DNA of 64,000 bases from Anaerolineae bacterium (GTDB taxonomy: Bacteria; Chloroflexota; Anaerolineae; S140-20): the NCBI GenBank assembly GCA_027021705.1, contig JALUTT010000005.1, forward strand, positions 10,838 to 74,837, read 5' to 3'. Positions 61,357 through 64,000 of the stretch are shown here, one piece after another. Each line of letters begins with the position of its first letter. The stretch's first letter is position 1. The notes below the pieces were generated by a model. It saw only the letters and a program-made list of their open reading frames with translations, made no database searches and was not told the origin of the DNA. Made by a program: the position numbers and the translations under genes.

Positions 61357-61761
61357 ATGAACCACCGTACCCCCGAACCGGGAATCCCCCTCTGGCCGGT
61401 CCTGATCCTGGGGCTCCTGCTGGCTTTTTCCCTGGGACGGGCGCCGGCCCGGATGGCGGCGACAGGCCAGTCGCCCCTGCTCCTGCCGGGGACGTCGCCC
61501 CAGCGTTCGCCGCTGGCCTCGCCGCTCCTGACGCCGTCGCCCCCCGCGCCTCCTCCCACGCCGCTGCCCACCATCGCACCGGCCACGCTGGAGGCGCTCC
61601 GCCGGATTCGCCCCACGGCCACGCTGCCCGCCCCGCCGGCGCTCCCCTGGCTGCCCGGCAGCGCCCGCCGGTGGCGCACCCTCTCACTGCTCTTCCTGGC
61701 CGCCGGCGTCGGGCTGGGAGCGCTGAGCTGGGGGATGAGGCACCGAGGGGAGGGGCGATGA
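61357..61761 (+). CDS. Pro-rich protein with N- and C-terminal hydrophobic helices
   Basis: LWPVLILGLLLAFSL, SPLASPLLTP/PTP linker, LSLLFLAAGVGLGAL; downstream of a promoter. Confidence 0.55.
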   Translation: MNHRTPEPGIPLWPVLILGLLLAFSLGRAPARMAATGQSPLLLPGTSPQRSPLASPLLTPSPPAPPPTPLPTIAPATLEALRRIRPTATLPAPPALPWLPGSARRWRTLSLLFLAAGVGLGALSWGMRHRGEGR

Positions 61762-61900
61762 GGCACCGAGGGATGGGGGATGAGGCACCGAGGGGGAGGG
61801 GTGAGAGGCACCGAGGGATGGGGGATGAGGCACCGAGGGGCGGCTTAGCGACTGGCGGCTTAGCGGCGGACTGAGGACTGAGGACTAAGGACTGAGGACC
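61731..61900. repeat. Composite short-repeat element (GAGGCACCGAGGG x5, GCGGCTTA units, (GGACTGA)n)
   Basis: Same modules at 62895-63090 and 63944-64000, and reversed at 47641-47712. Confidence 0.8.
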
Positions 61901-61920
61901 ACCCAACCAAAGGACCGGCT

Positions 61921-62895
61921 ATGGAGGAGATCATCTACTGCCCGCGCTGCGGGCACCGGCTGGAAGCTCGAGAGCGAGGGGGCCGGACCCGGCTGGTCTG
62001 CCCCCGCTGCGACTACGTCCTCTACCAGAACCCGGTGCCGGGCGTGGGCATCCTGGTGGAGATGGAAGGAGGGATCGTCCTGGTTCGGCGAGGCCACCCG
62101 CCCCACCCGGGGCGGTGGGCGCTGCCCTCCGGCTTCATCGAGGCCGACGAGAGCGTGGAGCAGGCGGCGATCCGGGAGTGCCGGGAGGAGACGGGGCTGG
62201 AGGTGGAGCTGGTCGAGCTCTTCGGGGTGGACTCCTTCCCCGAGGGACCGCCCCGCAGCGGCCTGATCATCTTCTACCGGGCCCACCCCGTCGGGGGGGA
62301 ACTGCGGGCCGGCGACGACGCCGCCGAGGTGCGCGTCTTCCCCCCCGATGGGCTGCCGCCCGACGTGGCCTTCCGCACCCACCGGACGGTGCTGGCCCGC
62401 TGGGCCGGCTTGCAAGGGGCGACGGCCCCCTTCGCCGTGCCCTCCAACGAGTTCTACCCCCTGGCCCCCGACATCCTCATCCGCCGGGCCCGCCCCGAGG
62501 ACGAGGGCCGGGTGCTGGAGCTCCTGCGCCTCATCCCGGCCAACATCCGCCTGAGCGAGGAAGAGTTGCGGGCCGCCGGCTTGCGCTTCCGGGAGAGCAC
62601 CGCCCTGGAGGTCCTGGTCGCCGAGGTGGCCGGCCGGGTCGTGGGGTTCCTGGTCCTCTCCTTCGTTCCGACCCTGACGGGCCTGCGGGCCTGGATTGAC
62701 GACGTGGCAGTGGATCCCGACTACCGACGGCAGGGGATCGGGCGGGCGCTGGTGGAGGCGGCGATCCAGCGGGCCAGCCGGCGGGGTGCTACCGACCTCT
62801 TCGTCTACACGGACCGGGGCAACCCCCTGGCCCGCGACTTCTACCGGGCCTGCGGCTTCGAGGAAGGCGGCGTCGCCCCCCTGCGGTTGCGGTGA
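61921..62895 (+). CDS. Zinc-ribbon Nudix hydrolase fused to a GNAT acetyltransferase
   Basis: YCPRCG..CPRC, YQNP, Nudix box GFIEADESVEQAAIRECREETGL; GNAT VDPDYRRQGIGRAL, FYRACGF. Confidence 0.88.
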   Translation: MEEIIYCPRCGHRLEARERGGRTRLVCPRCDYVLYQNPVPGVGILVEMEGGIVLVRRGHPPHPGRWALPSGFIEADESVEQAAIRECREETGLEVELVELFGVDSFPEGPPRSGLIIFYRAHPVGGELRAGDDAAEVRVFPPDGLPPDVAFRTHRTVLARWAGLQGATAPFAVPSNEFYPLAPDILIRRARPEDEGRVLELLRLIPANIRLSEEELRAAGLRFRESTALEVLVAEVAGRVVGFLVLSFVPTLTGLRAWIDDVAVDPDYRRQGIGRALVEAAIQRASRRGATDLFVYTDRGNPLARDFYRACGFEEGGVAPLRLR

Positions 62896-63090
62896 GGGGG
62901 GAGGCACCGAGGGGGGAGGCGATGAGGTAATGAGGGATGAGGCGATGAGGCGACGAGGAGGGAGGCACCGAGGACCGAGGACCGTACACGACCGCCGACG
63001 GCGGACCGCCGACCGCCGACCTAGCGGCCTAGCGGCTTAGCGCCCGGCGGCTTAGCGGCGGACTGCGGACTGAGGACTGAGGACCGTGGA
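62895..63090. repeat. Composite short-repeat element, second copy
   Basis: GAGGCACCGAGG, CTAGCGG/CTTAGCG and GGACTGA modules. Confidence 0.75.
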
Positions 63091-63112
63091 CTTCAAACCA
63101 TAGGAGGAGAAG

Positions 63113-63940
63113 ATGCTACGCGAAGAGACGATGGCCTTCATCGGCAGTGGCACGATGGCCGAGGCGATGATCCGGGGCCTGCTGCGCCAGGAGATGATCC
63201 CACCAGAGCAGATCATCGCCAGCGGCCCCCGACCGGAGCGGGGCGAAGAACTCCGACAGCGCTACGGCATCCGTGTCACGACCCACAACGTGGACGCGGC
63301 CCGGGAAGCCAACATCCTGGTCCTCTCGGTCAAACCCCAGGTCCTGCCCATCGTCCTGCGCGAACTGGCCGGCCACGTGAACCCGGAGACCCTGGTCCTC
63401 TCCATCGTCGCCGGGGCACGGATGGCGCGGATCGGCAAAGCCCTGGGGACACCGGCCGTCGTCCGGGTGATGCCCAACACGCCGGCCCAGATCGGCCTGG
63501 GGATGTCGGTCTGGACGGCGACGCCGGAGACGACGGCCCGCCAGCGGGAGCAGGCCCGCCTCATCCTGGAAGCGCTGGGCGAGGAGGAGTACGTCAACGA
63601 CGAACGGTACCTGGACGCCGCCACCGCCCTCAGCGGCACCGGTCCGGCCTACGTCTTCCTGTTTATGGAAGCGATGGTGGACGCCGGCGTCCACCTGGGC
63701 TTCTCCCGGCGGGTGGCGAAGAAGCTGGTCCTGCAGACGGTGCTGGGCTCGGTGGAGTACGCCCGGCGCTCGCCCAAGCACCTGGCCCGCCTGCGCAACC
63801 AGGTCACCTCGCCGGGAGGGACCTCGGCCGAGGCCCTCTACCACCTGGAGAAGGGGGGCTTGCGCACCGTCATCTCGCGGGCCATCTGGGCCGCCTACCA
63901 GCGCTCCCGTCAGTTGGGTCGAGAGGCGGGGGAGGAATAG
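63113..63940 (+). CDS. proC: Pyrroline-5-carboxylate reductase
   Basis: FIGSGTMA, SVKPQ, RVMPNTP, TALSGTGPAY, VTSPGGTS. Confidence 0.95.
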   Translation: MLREETMAFIGSGTMAEAMIRGLLRQEMIPPEQIIASGPRPERGEELRQRYGIRVTTHNVDAAREANILVLSVKPQVLPIVLRELAGHVNPETLVLSIVAGARMARIGKALGTPAVVRVMPNTPAQIGLGMSVWTATPETTARQREQARLILEALGEEEYVNDERYLDAATALSGTGPAYVFLFMEAMVDAGVHLGFSRRVAKKLVLQTVLGSVEYARRSPKHLARLRNQVTSPGGTSAEALYHLEKGGLRTVISRAIWAAYQRSRQLGREAGEE

Positions 63941-64000
63941 AAGGTACTGAGGGATGAGGCGGCGGAGGGGGGAGGCACCGAGGGATGAGGCAATGGGGGG

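Overview
GC-rich bacterial window. Gene content and repeat style suggest Chloroflexota/Anaerolineae (inference only). Left to right: the 5' part of an Ig-like/alpha-2-macroglobulin gene (minus, runs off the left edge); two CDP-alcohol phosphatidyltransferase-like genes behind two multi-GAF histidine kinases and an OmpR-type regulator; an IS remnant; hisIE; and an internally duplicated HEAT-repeat protein. Next is a ~24 kb same-strand metal/redox region: copA, DUF166, YHS, ArsR/SmtB with two operator-like palindromes, P1B-4 and P1B-2 ATPases, an ABC exporter, feoB with a DtxR-FeoA protein, a split GlcD/GlcF-like oxidoreductase, and a Trx-CcdA fusion. After it come a second complete A2M, SCP2, a HydBC-like/FdhA formate dehydrogenase, DUF4332, aspS, an orphan Cache-GAF kinase, a Nudix-GNAT fusion and proC. 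The ORF track misses two things. (1) Three genes are interrupted by in-frame TGA at catalytic Cys positions with SECIS-like hairpins downstream: a membrane-anchored rhodanese (CTU), a membrane-anchored DsbA-like protein (UPYC) and FdhA (CARLUH). (2) A 29-codon leader peptide with an NNDNDGD run and mutually exclusive 1:2/2:3/3:4 hairpins lies upstream of a non-discriminating aspS, a candidate Asp/Asn ribosome-mediated attenuator. Several MITE/REP-like repeat families fill the intergenic spaces. All calls come from reading motifs by eye; no searches were run.
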